DNA of 61,527 bases, filler included, from Squatina squatina (taxonomy: Eukaryota), in NCBI GenBank assembly GCA_031763465.1. It is 3 parts of 3 records of this genome, joined end to end, with 100 filler letters (N's around TTAATTAATTAA, not from the genome) between each part and the next. Parts side by side here need not be neighbours in the genome. Positions count along the whole stretch, not along the records: positions 1 to 30,393 come from JARFOE010000046.1; positions 30,494 to 45,499 come from JARFOE010000115.1; 1 more part is not named here. One strand, 5' to 3'. Numbering within the stretch: the stretch's first letter is position 1; each line of letters opens with the position of its first letter. Below are positions 23,046 through 36,187 of this stretch, in pieces. Made by a program: the position numbers and the translations under genes. The notes beneath the pieces were generated by a model, which saw only the letters and a program-made list of their open reading frames with translations, had not been told where the DNA came from and made no database searches.

Positions 23046-25430
23046 GTTCAATGCGAAGCAATACCCTACCATCGCCCCAATTATGGGCAGGCATCAGAGA
23101 TTCTGGCCACATGAGACAGGTGAGCATCAGAGGTGTGCCAAAAGTGGCATGGGTACCCGCTGGCATCATGTCAATTAGGTGCCCTCCCACTGACTTTGAC
23201 ATCTCCAGCATCATTGTCAGGATCATATCCTGAAGAATTTTGGATAGAATGCTATTACTGCATTGATGTCACATATCATGATAAAAACCTTGATTATCAG
23301 TGCGTAAGTTGTTAAATTATGTCAAAACATTGTCAATATTTATGACATCTGCTGTAATTGATTCAATCACAACTCATCCTTTTTTGGAGTGTTAGAAAAA
23401 TTCAGTGCCAAGAACTGCCTGTGCATGTCCTGATGTCTAATTAAAATCATTACCTCTGGCTTTTCTCTTCTGTTGTGTTCAGCTTCGTATAAAACTAATA
23501 TCTCTGCATTTGCTCAATATATAACATCACTTCTATTTTGATTTTGTTGAAATTGGAACTAATTGGCATTTACTCTGACTTTAAGCTCAATTTTATGATT
23601 CAATGTAAACAGAATGTATAACATTCAGGAACTGAACTGCATGAAAATTTATGAAAGCTGCAATCCATAGTTTATGTGCATCAAATTTGTGGGTACAGAA
23701 CTGAATATTTTTGCTATGAAACATCTCTCGGCTGCATATTCTATCCAGACCATTCAAAGGTTGACAAATGCCAACACTTTCCATAATTAAGTCAGAAAAG
23801 CAGTTTCTTACTATGAGTACTCACTTTGGTACATGCATATATGACTCAGAGATGTAGTCAGGATCTATGCTCTTCTCAAGTTCCTGGTAGCCTCATTGTA
23901 TCCAATAGGTGGTATTTGCATCAAAGCAACAAAAGAATTGCTGATGGAAAAAGACGAAGGGGGCGCAATTGCCCCTTTTTGCAGCCCCGTTAGCACCTCC
24001 GCGGGGNNNNNNNNNNNNNNNNNNNNNNNNNNNNNNNNNNNNNNNNNNNNNNNNNNNNNNNNNNNNNNNNNNNNNNNNNNNNNNNNNNNNNNNNNNNNNN
24101 NNNNNNTGTGACAGTACTACAGTGATTTGCACATTTATGACATGCAGTGAAATTACAATCTTCTATCAGATGGACACAGTTTACATTCTCATAAATCAGA
24201 GCGGCAGAATTTTAAGTTTTGCTGGGCTGCAAAAGGTTAACCTTTCTAGCTTGCTATGGAAAAGAGTCATTGCTGAACATATTCAACCTTACCACGTTCG
24301 ATTTCATTCCTTACAAGAAAGAAAATGGCACAACATAAATGAAAGTTGAAAAGTTATTTTGAATATATTATGTTTTTCCTTTTCAAAATAGCTTCCAGAA
24401 TGTAGCAATTAAAATAATAAGACTTCATAGCACTTCTTTAAAGCAGAACACTGAAATATGCTTGATGACTTTGTTAAAACCAATAAAAAAAACATTGAAT
24501 TCAGCACTTTTAAATTACAATGCTATTGATTCTATCAAAAAGTAGAGGCACACCAGCTGAGAATAAGGTTGAACGCGTTCAGTTTCCATTATCTTTAACC
24601 CTGTGGCGCCTTTACTTTAAATTCACAATCAGTAAAGATAACACCTCTGTACGCGCGTTTCTTCTACAACTTAGTGATTATTAGCTTGAGTGTTACAAAC
24701 ATCTGAAGAACAAGCATGGCTTTCATAAATATTCTTCATAAATACATACACCGTGTGTACCATTGTGTTGTGCATTGGAAATTCAACATTAAAAAGCCGA
24801 TCACATTTTCAAATGGTTAAGATAATGTAATTGCTATCCAGTATGGTGGATGAGAATGAGAAGTGAGCTCAAGCGAAATACCCTGTTACAGAGACTGGTC
24901 CAAAACTAGACAGATGTTTTGACAGCATGATTAAGTTCACACGTAGACAAACAGACATCACTGTGGCTTTAAGTATAAATTATTCGATACACTCTTCCTT
25001 TTAGGAAAAGATATTTCCTTTCAATTTTCCTCTAATATTGCAGTCTAACTGATATGGCTTTAACTATTGAAAAAGAGTTCAACTGAAGAAGCTTAACATC
25101 CCTAAATTAACCTTAAATATTAACTTAGGATTCTCCTGACTGGAGACCTGGTTTTGTTTTAGTAGGACTGCAGTGGGAAACAGCAAGCATAACACAAACA
25201 CAAGCAACTCTCCTGCATAGTGGTTTGAAATCCAAGAACCAATACCTGAGATTTTTAAACTAATTTTCTCTAAATTTTAAACTAGTTTTATGCCATGGAA
25301 AGCAATTAAATCAGTGATATCCATAGAGAACAGCTCTCTTTGGTTTGGTGTAAAATGGAATGCAGGTGAAACACAATTATTAGTCTACTGTAATTCAGTA
25401 GAGCTGAAACAGTGTTATACGCAAGCAGCA

Positions 25431-25676
25431 AAGTTTACCATCAAATAAAAACCCATAAACACATTTACCATCAAAGAAAGAGAGCGGATCACAATTACCA
25501 TCAAATAAAGACACAGGAACACAATTACCATCAATTAAGGACACGGGAACATAATTACCATCAAATAAATACACGGGAACACAATTACCATCAAATAAGG
25601 ACACGGGAACTCAATTACCATCAAATAAAGACACAGGAACACAATTACCATCAAATAAAAACACATAAACACATTT
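25431..25676. repeat. 30-bp minisatellite (consensus ACAATTACCATCAAATAAAGACACGGGAAC), at least 8 copies, running into a gap of about 710 N
   Basis: Exact 30-nt periodicity is visible in the sequence columns. Confidence 0.95.
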
Positions 25677-27753
25677 NNNNNNNNNNNNNNNNNNNNNNNN
25701 NNNNNNNNNNNNNNNNNNNNNNNNNNNNNNNNNNNNNNNNNNNNNNNNNNNNNNNNNNNNNNNNNNNNNNNNNNNNNNNNNNNNNNNNNNNNNNNNNNNN
25801 NNNNNNNNNNNNNNNNNNNNNNNNNNNNNNNNNNNNNNNNNNNNNNNNNNNNNNNNNNNNNNNNNNNNNNNNNNNNNNNNNNNNNNNNNNNNNNNNNNNN
25901 NNNNNNNNNNNNNNNNNNNNNNNNNNNNNNNNNNNNNNNNNNNNNNNNNNNNNNNNNNNNNNNNNNNNNNNNNNNNNNNNNNNNNNNNNNNNNNNNNNNN
26001 NNNNNNNNNNNNNNNNNNNNNNNNNNNNNNNNNNNNNNNNNNNNNNNNNNNNNNNNNNNNNNNNNNNNNNNNNNNNNNNNNNNNNNNNNNNNNNNNNNNN
26101 NNNNNNNNNNNNNNNNNNNNNNNNNNNNNNNNNNNNNNNNNNNNNNNNNNNNNNNNNNNNNNNNNNNNNNNNNNNNNNNNNNNNNNNNNNNNNNNNNNNN
26201 NNNNNNNNNNNNNNNNNNNNNNNNNNNNNNNNNNNNNNNNNNNNNNNNNNNNNNNNNNNNNNNNNNNNNNNNNNNNNNNNNNNNNNNNNNNNNNNNNNNN
26301 NNNNNNNNNNNNNNNNNNNNNNNNNNNNNNNNNNNNNNNNNNNNNNNNNNNNNNNNNNNNNNNNNNNNNNNNNNNNNNNNNNNNNNNAACAATTCAATTT
26401 GTAATTCATCTTAGCATTGTATTGTGTAAAGGCGGAGGAGTTGAATTAACATTTTGCTGGGCACTGTGTTCCAAGGACTGATGATTAACATTCATTCATT
26501 TTAAATGCTGAAGGTATAATTGGATTGAATTTAGTGCATTGGTGGCCTCTTATCATTTATAAGCAAACACATTTCTCTGTGACGTACAGAAAATGACACT
26601 GCTACCTTTGTACATTAAACCAGAGAGATCCTAATACCTTCCCCAAAAAGCAATGATGCTGGATATTTTTACAACATAAAGATTATCAACTTATATCGCA
26701 AATTGCCAGTTTTTTTAACAAAAGGCATTTCTACATATGATATTGTACAGTTTCACCATTTTAGCAAATCATGCAAGATATTTGCTACAAAACAACTGAC
26801 TGCATAAAACTTTTAAAAATCTCAGTAGAAATCACTGTGAAAATTGTCAGATCTTACACACATACAACGCAGGGTGCCTAGCTGCATGCCACCCCAAGTT
26901 CTTCTGTAACAACCAACAACCAAGTCGTACATCACAGCACATTTAGCAATATAGCAACTTAAAAAGGCAACTTCAAAAAAGTCTGCAATACAGTAGAAAA
27001 GCTCAGCGATGAACACAAATTAATACTGCCAGTTGTGAGGTTGAGAGTTTCAATATTACATGAGTCTACACTTTAGGAGACATTTAGAAGTTTATAAGAG
27101 GCCTACTGGTCTCTCAGACTCCTCATGCTCATGTCAACCCCCTCACCATGGCTTACATTATAGAGAGGCACAAAAAATCTTTTGTAATTATATTGCAGTA
27201 GGAGGATAAGCATTTATTCTAGTCAGAGAAAAAGGAAATGTATTTTAGTATATGGTCAAAACATATGTAAATCCTATTAATGTAACTTAAAATAATTTAC
27301 AATATAATGTAGAGTGTTTTTTACATTTCATAATCAAGCTAAACGTTTGGATTCTGCAACTCCCATTATAACCATTAATTTGCCAGTGGGGAACTTCAGT
27401 TTTTTTGTTACCCCTCCCGAAGGGTTATTCTTTGGGTGTTCATTCTTTTGATGCAGTTTCACTGACACCAGCCACGCTCCAGAACCTCGTCCAAGTGGAT
27501 ATTCTTCATGTAGGAGCTCAGATAGTGAGTGGTGGCCGTTCAACAATAGAGGAACTCAAAGCTCAACTTGATTCTCTACTGATCTAGGGCTAGAAGGCTA
27601 GAAGTTCATCCGCACTCCTTTGGAGGCAGGAACCGTCAGTTCTCGCGTCAGCCCCCCCGCCCCGCCTGCCGCAGAATTTGTAGCTCCAGGGCGGGAGCGA
27701 GCTGCAGCAATGCTGGCCTCGCTCCCGGGTGGAACTGGGGTGGCATGGTGTCA

Positions 27754-27905
27754 TAAATATGAGGCTGTCAGACAGGAACTGAGGAGCATAGGTTGGGAGC
27801 AAAGGCTGCTGGGGAAGAATACAATGGTGATGTGGGATTTGTTCAAGGAACAGATGCTACGAGTTCTCCAGCTGTATGTCCCTGTTAGGCAGGGAAGAGC
27901 TGGGA
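27754..27905 (+). mobile_element. CR1 LINE ORF2 fragment (region between endonuclease and RT)
   Basis: KYEAVRQELRSIGWEQRLLGKNTMVMWDLFKEQMLRVLQLYVPVRQ matches the CR1 pattern R.EL..VDWE..L.GK....W..FK......YVP. Confidence 0.75.
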
Positions 27906-28032
27906 NNNNNNNNNNNNNNNNNNNNNNNNNNNNNNNNNNNNNNNNNNNNNNNNNNNNNNNNNNNNNNNNNNNNNNNNNNNNNNNNNNNNNNNNNNNNNNN
28001 NNNNNTACAATATAAAGTATTCTTTTCTGAAG

Positions 28033-28230
28033 CTACTTCTTGAACATGTCTTGAAGTGGCCCAGGAAGATACTTAAGGACAGTATCAAGGATGCTTTCTT
28101 CTTCTTCTTCCTCTTCATCACCGCACCCGGCAGGAATTGCTTTCTTTGGGCGAGTCAAACTCCCTTCTATTGGTGCTTCCATTGCTGCCTTTTCCTCAGC
28201 TTCCTTTTCCTCCTTCTTCTTTAGTCCATA
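28033..28230 (-). CDS. CPLX2: Complexin-2(-like), last coding exon
   Basis: Acceptor ctgctttctttaaactctag, phase 0, 198 nt: [65 protein letters not shown]. This is near-identical to the C-terminal 65 aa of vertebrate complexin-2 and starts at the known exon boundary. It has no CAAX box, so it is not CPLX3/4. It is absent from the ORF track. Confidence 0.95.
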   Translation of the reverse strand, partial: YGLKKKEEKEAEEKAAMEAPIEGSLTRPKKAIPAGCGDEEEEEEESILDTVLKYLPGPLQDMFKK

Positions 28231-29649
28231 CTAGAGTTTAAAGAAAGCAGATAACTTTACCATTATCCCGTCTAGAGCCAGCAAAAGCAATGCTAGATTT
28301 TACATTCAATAACATTTCCCATCTTTGTCAAATGTCTTAATCGAATTATAAGCACCAGTACAATATTTATAAAGTAATATTGCTTAAAATATAACTTAGT
28401 GTTGGGTATTGATTAAAATGTAACTGCACCCACTAAATACAGATAGGTTGCCATAGATGTGAACGGTGGCCTGGAATTTCTTCCATAGGCGCAGCCCAAA
28501 ATTTAGACATGGAAAATGTGCACATTCCCACACCCTTTATGCTGATGTCAAGTTATGCTCAAATTTTCTACCAATCTCATTAGAATATGCCCAAACATAA
28601 AAATTTGAACAAATGATATAAATCAGTGTAAATCAGAATAAACAAAGAGAACACCTAAACCACATCATATATTACATTAGTTCTGAAAATTAAAGTTTCA
28701 ACTCATTCAACCATCATTCATGCACATAGGCATATATGTTTAAGAACCTACAGTCGGGGGAACATTTCAATTTTTAATATGACTTATACTGATGTTATAA
28801 AAGTGCATTAAAAGAAACAGAAAATACAGTGCAGATGAGAGTGAAGATCATATTATTTAAAAAACAATCAAAAANNNNNNNNNNNNNNNNNNNNNNNNNN
28901 NNNNNNNNNNNNNNNNNNNNNNNNNNNNNNNNNNNNNNNNNNNNNNNNNNNNNNNNNNNNNNNNNNNNNNNNNNATTCAACAGCAATACTGAACAACTTT
29001 TACTGAGCTAAAGGCTCTTTGTGTAGATGGATGGTTGAACTGAGAAATGATAGCTGCAGGCAAACACTGCTGATTCAAAATAACCAGAACAGCATGTTTG
29101 TACCTGTGTGTGAACAATGAACGCACTGTGCAACCTTCCACAAAATAAATAAATGTACAGACAGATGTTATATAACAAGATTCCACAGGACTGTCTCCTT
29201 GCATCCATCCCATCTGCTTTGCTATTCTGTTTCAGTATACACAAACCCCATGGAACAGTATTCTCTTCCTGTTCAACCAGCTGTCTAAATAGCACCAGCG
29301 AATGCGTGCAGAGATTATAGTTTGAAACAAGTAGTTTTATTTTAATGCAATAGCCAAATATGTTAATTTACTCAAAAAGGAACAGAATATTTAGCATTCT
29401 GTATTATTTCTTCCTTATTTATTTTCCATCTTGGATTTCTAGTTCCCTTTTAAATTCCCATTCCTGTTTCTTTATATACCATCTCCACAGTTGAATTTCA
29501 TTTTTGCAATAGCTTACCAATTTTGTCTGCAAATGCTCAATGCTCCAAATTTTCTCACTCCCCATTCCTGGCAACTTCTATTTTAATGTTTGTACATTTT
29601 TTTTTTAAAAAGTGATGCAAGTTTCCAGTTACAAGCATTATCAACTCCT

Positions 29650-30393
29650 TCATTTTTTCTCTTTCTCTGGTACTGTCCCACTTTCCTTCAAATCTGCCAT
29701 CATCACCCCTCACAAGAAACCCTTAGACCCCAAATCAACAAATCCTTGCAAATTATTACCCCATCTCCAACCTCCCTTCCTCTCCAAAGTCCTTGAATGT
29801 GTTGCTGCTTCCTAAATCAGTGCCCATCTTCCCTGCAACTCCATGTTTGAATCTCTCCAATCAAGTTTCCGTCCCTGCCACAGTACGGAAACGGCCCTTA
29901 TCAAAATCATAAGTTACATCCTATGTGACTGCGACTATGGTAAACCATCCTTCCTCATACTGCTTGACCTATCTGCAACCTTTAACACGGTTGACAACAT
30001 AATCCTTCTCCAACGCCTCTCCTCTGTCGTTCAGCTGGGAGGAACTTCCCTCATCTGGTTCAATTCTTATCTATCCAGTCATAGCCATAGAATCTNNNNN
30101 NNNNNACCCCCTCCTAATTCTCATCTACTTGCTGCCCCTCGGTGACATCATTTCAAAATACAACATCACGTCCCACATGCACGCTGACGATACCCAGCTC
30201 CACCCGTCTCTAGTTTGTCACATGGCTTGTCCAACATCCAGTACTGGAAGAGCAGAAATTTATTCTAACTAAATATTGGAAAGATTGAAGCCTGGTCTCT
30301 TTGGTCCCTGCCACAAACTCCGTTCCTTAGTCACCCACTCCATCCCCCTCCGTGGCCATTGTCTGAGGCTGAACGAGACTATTCGCAACTTTG
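29650..30393 (+). mobile_element. L2-clade LINE reverse transcriptase fragment
   Basis: LQSSFRPCHSTETALIK...LILLDLSATFNTVD..ILLQRL...WFNSYLS followed by HADDTQL (decayed YADD), with stops and frameshifts. Confidence 0.9.
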
Positions 30394-30493
30394 NNNNNNN
30401 NNNNNNNNNNNNNNNNNNNNNNNNNNNNNNNNNNNNNTTAATTAATTAANNNNNNNNNNNNNNNNNNNNNNNNNNNNNNNNNNNNNNNNNNNN
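30394..30493. other. Artificial scaffold-joining linker (44N-TTAATTAATTAA-44N)
   Basis: Exactly 100 nt, with a six-frame stop 12-mer at 30438-30449 centred in Ns. An identical structure sits at 45500-45599. Confidence 0.95.
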
Positions 30494-30546
30494 TCTTTGT
30501 AGCAGGCCGAAGTCCCCAAATCTGCAAAATCCATGCTAGCAGCTCT

Positions 30547-30660
30547 AGAAAGAAAGACTTGCATTTGTGTAGCACCTTTCATGCCCACCGGACGTCCCAA
30601 AGTGTTTTACAGCCAATGAAGTACGTTTTGAAGTGTAGTCACTGTTGTAATTTAGGAAAC
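30547..30660 (-). mobile_element. 3' tail of a Deu-domain SINE (SacSINE1-like)
   Basis: agaaagacttgcattt...gcacctttca...gacgtcccaaag...tgaagtgtagtcactgttgtaat is the same tail as at 36188-36280. Confidence 0.75.
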
Positions 30661-30836
30661 ATCAACACAAACATTTGATTCTCAGTTGTGCCCAGTCATT
30701 GCACAATTTTTACAAGTAATTTTCTGGTGATAAAAATACTCAACATTTTTGCAAGAGATAAAACAGACAGAAACATTTTACTGCAATCTTTGAATAGGTA
30801 CCAGTTATTGGGATTCAATCTGTTTTACTCCTACAG

Positions 30837-30961
30837 ATTTTCTGTCTCCTTTCTTCCATGTTTGGAAAGCATATTGCTCTGCTCGAAGTTCATATGAATG
30901 AACTTGCAAGAATGTGTCTGCAATATAGTAACGAAGAGGAACCACTCAGTGTCATTGCCAG
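30837..30961 (+). CDS. WDR27: WD repeat-containing protein 27, internal exon (mid-protein)
   Basis: tgttttactcctacag acceptor and CAG|gtaaga donor, 125 nt, phase 0 to 2. IFCLLSSMFGKHIALLEVHMNELAR...LSVIA resembles recalled human WDR27 [25 protein letters not shown]...LSVPAS. Confidence 0.8.
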
Positions 30962-33900
30962 GTAAGACAGTCGCTTACTAGATATTTTAAAAAGATGTTA
31001 TTTTAAATTAATAAAACCTACTCCACATATTGACATAACATTATGTTTTTCATATTTTGGGAGAAGTGCAGCTTAATACCAGCAAATGCTAGATTGTATA
31101 GCAAAAATGCTAAATGTAGCAGTATCAGCAAACTACAGATTTAGTATATTTCTACAGCATTCATGACTAAACCATCTAAATGAGGCAGGAGGGAGTGCCT
31201 CATTTTCTGTCTGCAACGCTTGTTGGAAGCCCTAGAAAGATGGCCTGCCCCTGAACCACTGCCAAACAGTTAGTTTGCAGCAATACTATGGGTCGGCTGA
31301 AGATTTTTAGTCAGGCTCGCTGCAAAAAGTTATGATCCCCACCCCCACCCCCGAAGCCTGAAGTCTTAACGGAATCTGGGAAAATCAGCTCTTAAAATCA
31401 AACAACTAAGAAATGTATGGGAAAGAAATAAAAGATTAAAGGAAGGAAAGAAATTTAAAGTGCCGACTAACTGTGTTATTCCTGTCTTTTCAATCATGTT
31501 ACTTGCCATTTGCCTATCTATAATGCTTAGCGCATCCAGCTATTCTGTAATTACTTTTATTCCATGTATTTGTTTCCCTTTCATTTTTATTTAGTTTTTC
31601 TGTCATTTTCACCATAGTCCATTGTCCCTGAAGGGTACCATTGTGCACAAATTCTGACACTTTTGAGTTTATTGGACTATTCAAAGTCAAACTCAGTTCT
31701 ATGATTAAAAATAAATTAATTCAGCAAAGGGTATTACAAGTAGTTTCTGGGCTATAATCCAGAATGATCACATTATCCATTAATGCTGCAATTTAGAAAG
31801 TGCAGGAAACCCAAAACAAAGTAATTCCTTCTAAACATACNNNNNNNNNNNNNNNNNNNNNNNNNNNNNNNNNNNNNNNNNNNNNNNNNNNNNNNNNNNN
31901 NNNNNNNNNNNNNNNNNNNNNNNNNNNNNNNNNNNNNNNNNNNNNNNNNNNNNNNNNNNNNNNNNNNNNNNNNNNNNNNNNNNNNNNNNGTGAATCAAGG
32001 CAGTGGGAATACAATTGCTTAACGAGATGGGTCACATGAAAGTGGTTGGGAATTTCAAGAGAGCGCCCCTCCAGCGCCTCTATGCAGCTGTCAGAGCCTG
32101 TGATTGCAACATGCGTGGAAAATACAAAAACGTGAACGAATTCTGCAGCACCTGGGCGCTATTAACGCCAGGCGCTATTGGGGCACTATTCCCTGCTGCA
32201 GCGTTTCCAGCGCAGCTTTCATGAATTTCTAACCCTAAATCTATTAACTTCCTTTTAATACTGCACACGTTTTTAATATTACAATTAATGCCTTCTGGTG
32301 AAATTGATTTATCCTGAAGTCAGAAACTTTGCATAAAATGATTGCAACCCAAAGGTAAACTGGAGATGACATTTTGGACAATTTCTTTTTCAGTTGTGAT
32401 TTTTAGCTATATTCACTGTTCCATTTACATTTCACTGATTCATTTTTTGGCAACTTTTGGAGACACTCGCAATTGTACTTAGATCGTATTAAAAAGAAAC
32501 AAAGGGATTATACTGCAGAAAATATGATGGAACATATGGCAGATTGTAGTGGTGATGGATCGCAATCATAGATTGTGAAGAGTAACGGCTACGACCATGT
32601 GTTGAAAGGACCTGTGCGTGCAAGTTTGTTGGAAGTGCATTATACTAAACATTAAAGACTCCAGAAGCTACAGCAGCATAAAAGTTTTTAGTGGGGTCTG
32701 AAATAGTTTTATCGTAGTTGGGTGTCTGTTTGAGTGCCAGGCTTGTGTAACTGAGGCCCTCTGTAGCAGTTCTTGAGTGTTCGCTGTCAAAAGCTTCACA
32801 TTTTTTCATTCATCATGTTTCAGACATTGCTACTTTTGCTATTGTTAGCTCTAATAGTTTGGCTTGTGTTAAAAAAAAATTGAATTTGGATCATTTCAGC
32901 TNNNNNNNNNNNNNNNNNNNNNNNNNNNNNNNNNNNNNNNNNNNNNNNNNNNNNNNNNNNNNNNNNNNNNNNNNNNNNNNNNNNNNNNNNNNNNNNNNNN
33001 NGGTAAGTATATATTTATTCATAGCAGATGCAGCATGTATGTTGAAATCCACAATGGTCGATTAGCTGAATGTCGGAATGGGAACGTTTTGCAAACATCT
33101 GTTAATAAAACTATTTTCATTTACAATATCAACCCAAATAAAAATGAAAGCAGTTTTTTTTAAAAAGGCACAAGTAATTCATTAATAACATTTATAAAGT
33201 TGGCTCCCTGTTGGCAACGCCATCGAATAACTCACTTTGAGGGAAGGGCCTCGAGAATATACAAATAGCTAGTAGGAATTGTGTTTGTTTGGTTCTACTT
33301 AATTAGTATTTGAAGATCTGAAAGCCCAGTAACCACTGGGAATTTTAATTTGGAGGAATTTAAGAACCCGGTCTGTTCAACTGATAGTCCAGATATTATT
33401 TGCATGTGATTTATTTAATCTTTTGAGGGAGCTAACCAGACACAGAAAAAAAAACTTCTAAAGAGATAAGTGTCAGACTTCTCCTTCCCACTCACTCTCT
33501 CCAAGATTGACTAAATTCCAGGGTATCAATGGATCATTATCAACCCACATTATTCAGTCACAATTGAGCACGTCACAGATGACATTTCCATGGTTTCTGG
33601 AGCACAAGAACCATCATGTTTAAGGACTTGTCTGTGCTAATTCTTCTGTTTTCAATCGCCTTCTTAACCAGATACTCATCCACGTAATGGTCAGATGTTA
33701 TTCATTATAAAATATGAATCAAGCCTACAGACACAATGTCATGTCCATTTAACATTTCAACAATTATGTTTCATTTATCGAGTTCAACTCTAATCTGACA
33801 TGAGAACTGTGTAGCTGCAGAACCGTATAAATTGTGGTTTGATCCAGCTCTTTCTCAAAGGAGTTAATCAATGCACCATTACTAGCTTTTGCCTGGAATC

Positions 33901-34727
33901 TGTTCCACATTTCTGTTACTCTGTGCAGTAAAAAATGCTTCTGATGTGCAATCTTGATGACTCCATTTTTGTGTATGAATGGACTGAGTGTACGTCACAC
34001 ATGCTCTGTCTATTAGTGCTAGGCATTGAGCGGCCTAACCAGCACTCGTTGGAAGGAGTGTAGGAGCCAGCTTGGAAAACGCGCCCCAAAGATTTGTTAC
34101 CAGGATATTTGTGTCCGTCCAGGCCCCAAATAACCTTCAGGCNNNNNNNNNNNNNNNNNNNNNNNNNNNNNNNNNNNNNNNNNNNNNNNNNNNNNNNNNN
34201 NNNNNNNNNNNNNNNNNNNNNNNNNNNNNNNNNNNNNNNNNNTAGTTTTGCTTCTGTGTTTTAATTCAGTCCCTGAACCACTGGTTTGGTTCTTGCTGTG
34301 CTGGTTTCTGGTTTTATGGGTTTAAAGTATGGATTTTGGCCTGATTCTTACAAGGCCTTTTATGGTTGTGTAACCAGCCAATGCTCATTGCCAAAACTGA
34401 ACCATGAGTAACAGCTAGTTGGCGACTGGCACCCATGGACTTGCAATCCAGCGGGGGATCAGTGCCTTCACAAGAGGAGAGAAAAGGAAAAAAATCAGTG
34501 ACAAAATGGCTTCTTTGTTGAGATCAACGCTACAGTATTAGGCACCTTAATGTAATTTATCCCAATTAGAATCGTTTTGGATTGATGTTGCTGAACTCGG
34601 CAAGATTACCTACAATTAAATCTGAAGGCTGTGGGTTTTGCATGTGGCGGGTAGAGAAGAGTAAAGGGCTTTTAGTTTTTTTAATAGTTTATCGGTATTA
34701 ATGTTTCTATGATACCACTCACTACTG

Positions 34728-35083
<356 letters not shown>

Positions 35084-35594
35084 GGTGGGCGCACCACGTC
35101 ATCTATTATATAGCATACATTGTTTATAGCACATCCCCCCCCTCCCCATTTTATATTGTGTGTTTCCACAACAGGACACTTTGGGGTAAAAACATGTTAC
35201 TGCCCATTCACGTGTACATAATTGACGGTATGCTTCCAGCGTTTGACCGAACCAGGGAGCCCAAGGCTCACCTGAAATTGGTCCTCAGGCCTCATTTTAA
35301 TAATCAAGAGACGCTGCTGGTCAGTGCCTGTCGCACCTCCTGAGGTTACTCGTCCCTGTGGCCCGATTCAATTTGGACCACTTGCCCCATTGGCAATATA
35401 CTCTCGGGGCACGATGTAACCNNNNNNNNNNNNNNNNNNNNNNNNNNNNNNNNNNNNNNNNNNNNNNNNNNNNNNNNNNNNNNNNNNNNNNNNNNNNNNN
35501 NNNNNNNNNNNNNNNNNNNNNGTCAAGCAAACAAAGATGGTGCTCACGCCGTGCGAGTTAACGGAATGGTGACATCATTTCAACATTCTTTCTC

Positions 35595-35957
35595 AGGATA
35601 AGGGCAAGGCTGACATGTAGGGCCCATCTCTAGTTGCCCTGAGATGCTGGTGACACAACTGAATGTCTTGTTAGGTCACATTCGAGGGCAGTTAAAGAGT
35701 CAACCACGCTTATGTGGCACTGGAGTCAAAGGATGGCAGGTTTCCTTCCCTGAAGAACAATCGTAAACCAGCTGGGGTTTTACCACAATCCGACAGCTTC
35801 CCAGTTACTTTCACTGATACCAGCTTTTTATTTCCAGATTTTTTAATCTTAGTTCAAATCTCTAAACTGTCATGGCGGGATTTGAACTCACGTTCTCTGG
35901 ATTATTAGTCCAGGACTGTGGATTACTCGGCCAGTAACATAACTATGGCGACAGTGT
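35595..35957 (-). mobile_element. tRNA-derived SINE, degenerate
   Basis: B-box-like gagttcaaatcccgcc on the minus strand (about 35874-35890). The tail agggcaactagagatgggc is shared with the LINE 3' ends near 39680 and 58040. Confidence 0.6.
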
Positions 35958-36187
35958 ATCCCCTAGACCTGCAATAGTTATGTTCTTTTTGGGGTTTCCA
36001 TCAGACCATAACTATAAATTACATCCCCATCTGTAAAAAGTTGCACCCATTAACACTTGAAACATGCTGTCCCAACGTCATGTCACCTTTATCTTAACTG
36101 ATTCCAGATAAAAGGAGTACAGCATAAGTCTGATGTCTATGATGCTACACATGAGAGTTTCTGATCTCAGCTGCCCCATTGTAAGTA

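Noticed and set aside
25431-25676. CRISPR array, or a His/Gln-rich repeat protein (HNYHQIKTQE)n
   Set aside because: The units are head-to-tail with no unique spacers, there are no cas genes and the context is eukaryotic. The open frame follows simply from a stop-free 30-nt unit.
30438-30449. TTAATTAATTAA as a piggyBac TTAA site or homeodomain element
   Set aside because: It is centred in exactly 44+44 Ns and repeated identically at 45544, so it is an assembly spacer.
31178-31205. Perfect 10-bp hairpin followed by Ts, resembling a rho-independent terminator
   Set aside because: It lies in a eukaryotic intron and is more likely an internal dyad of a MITE relic.
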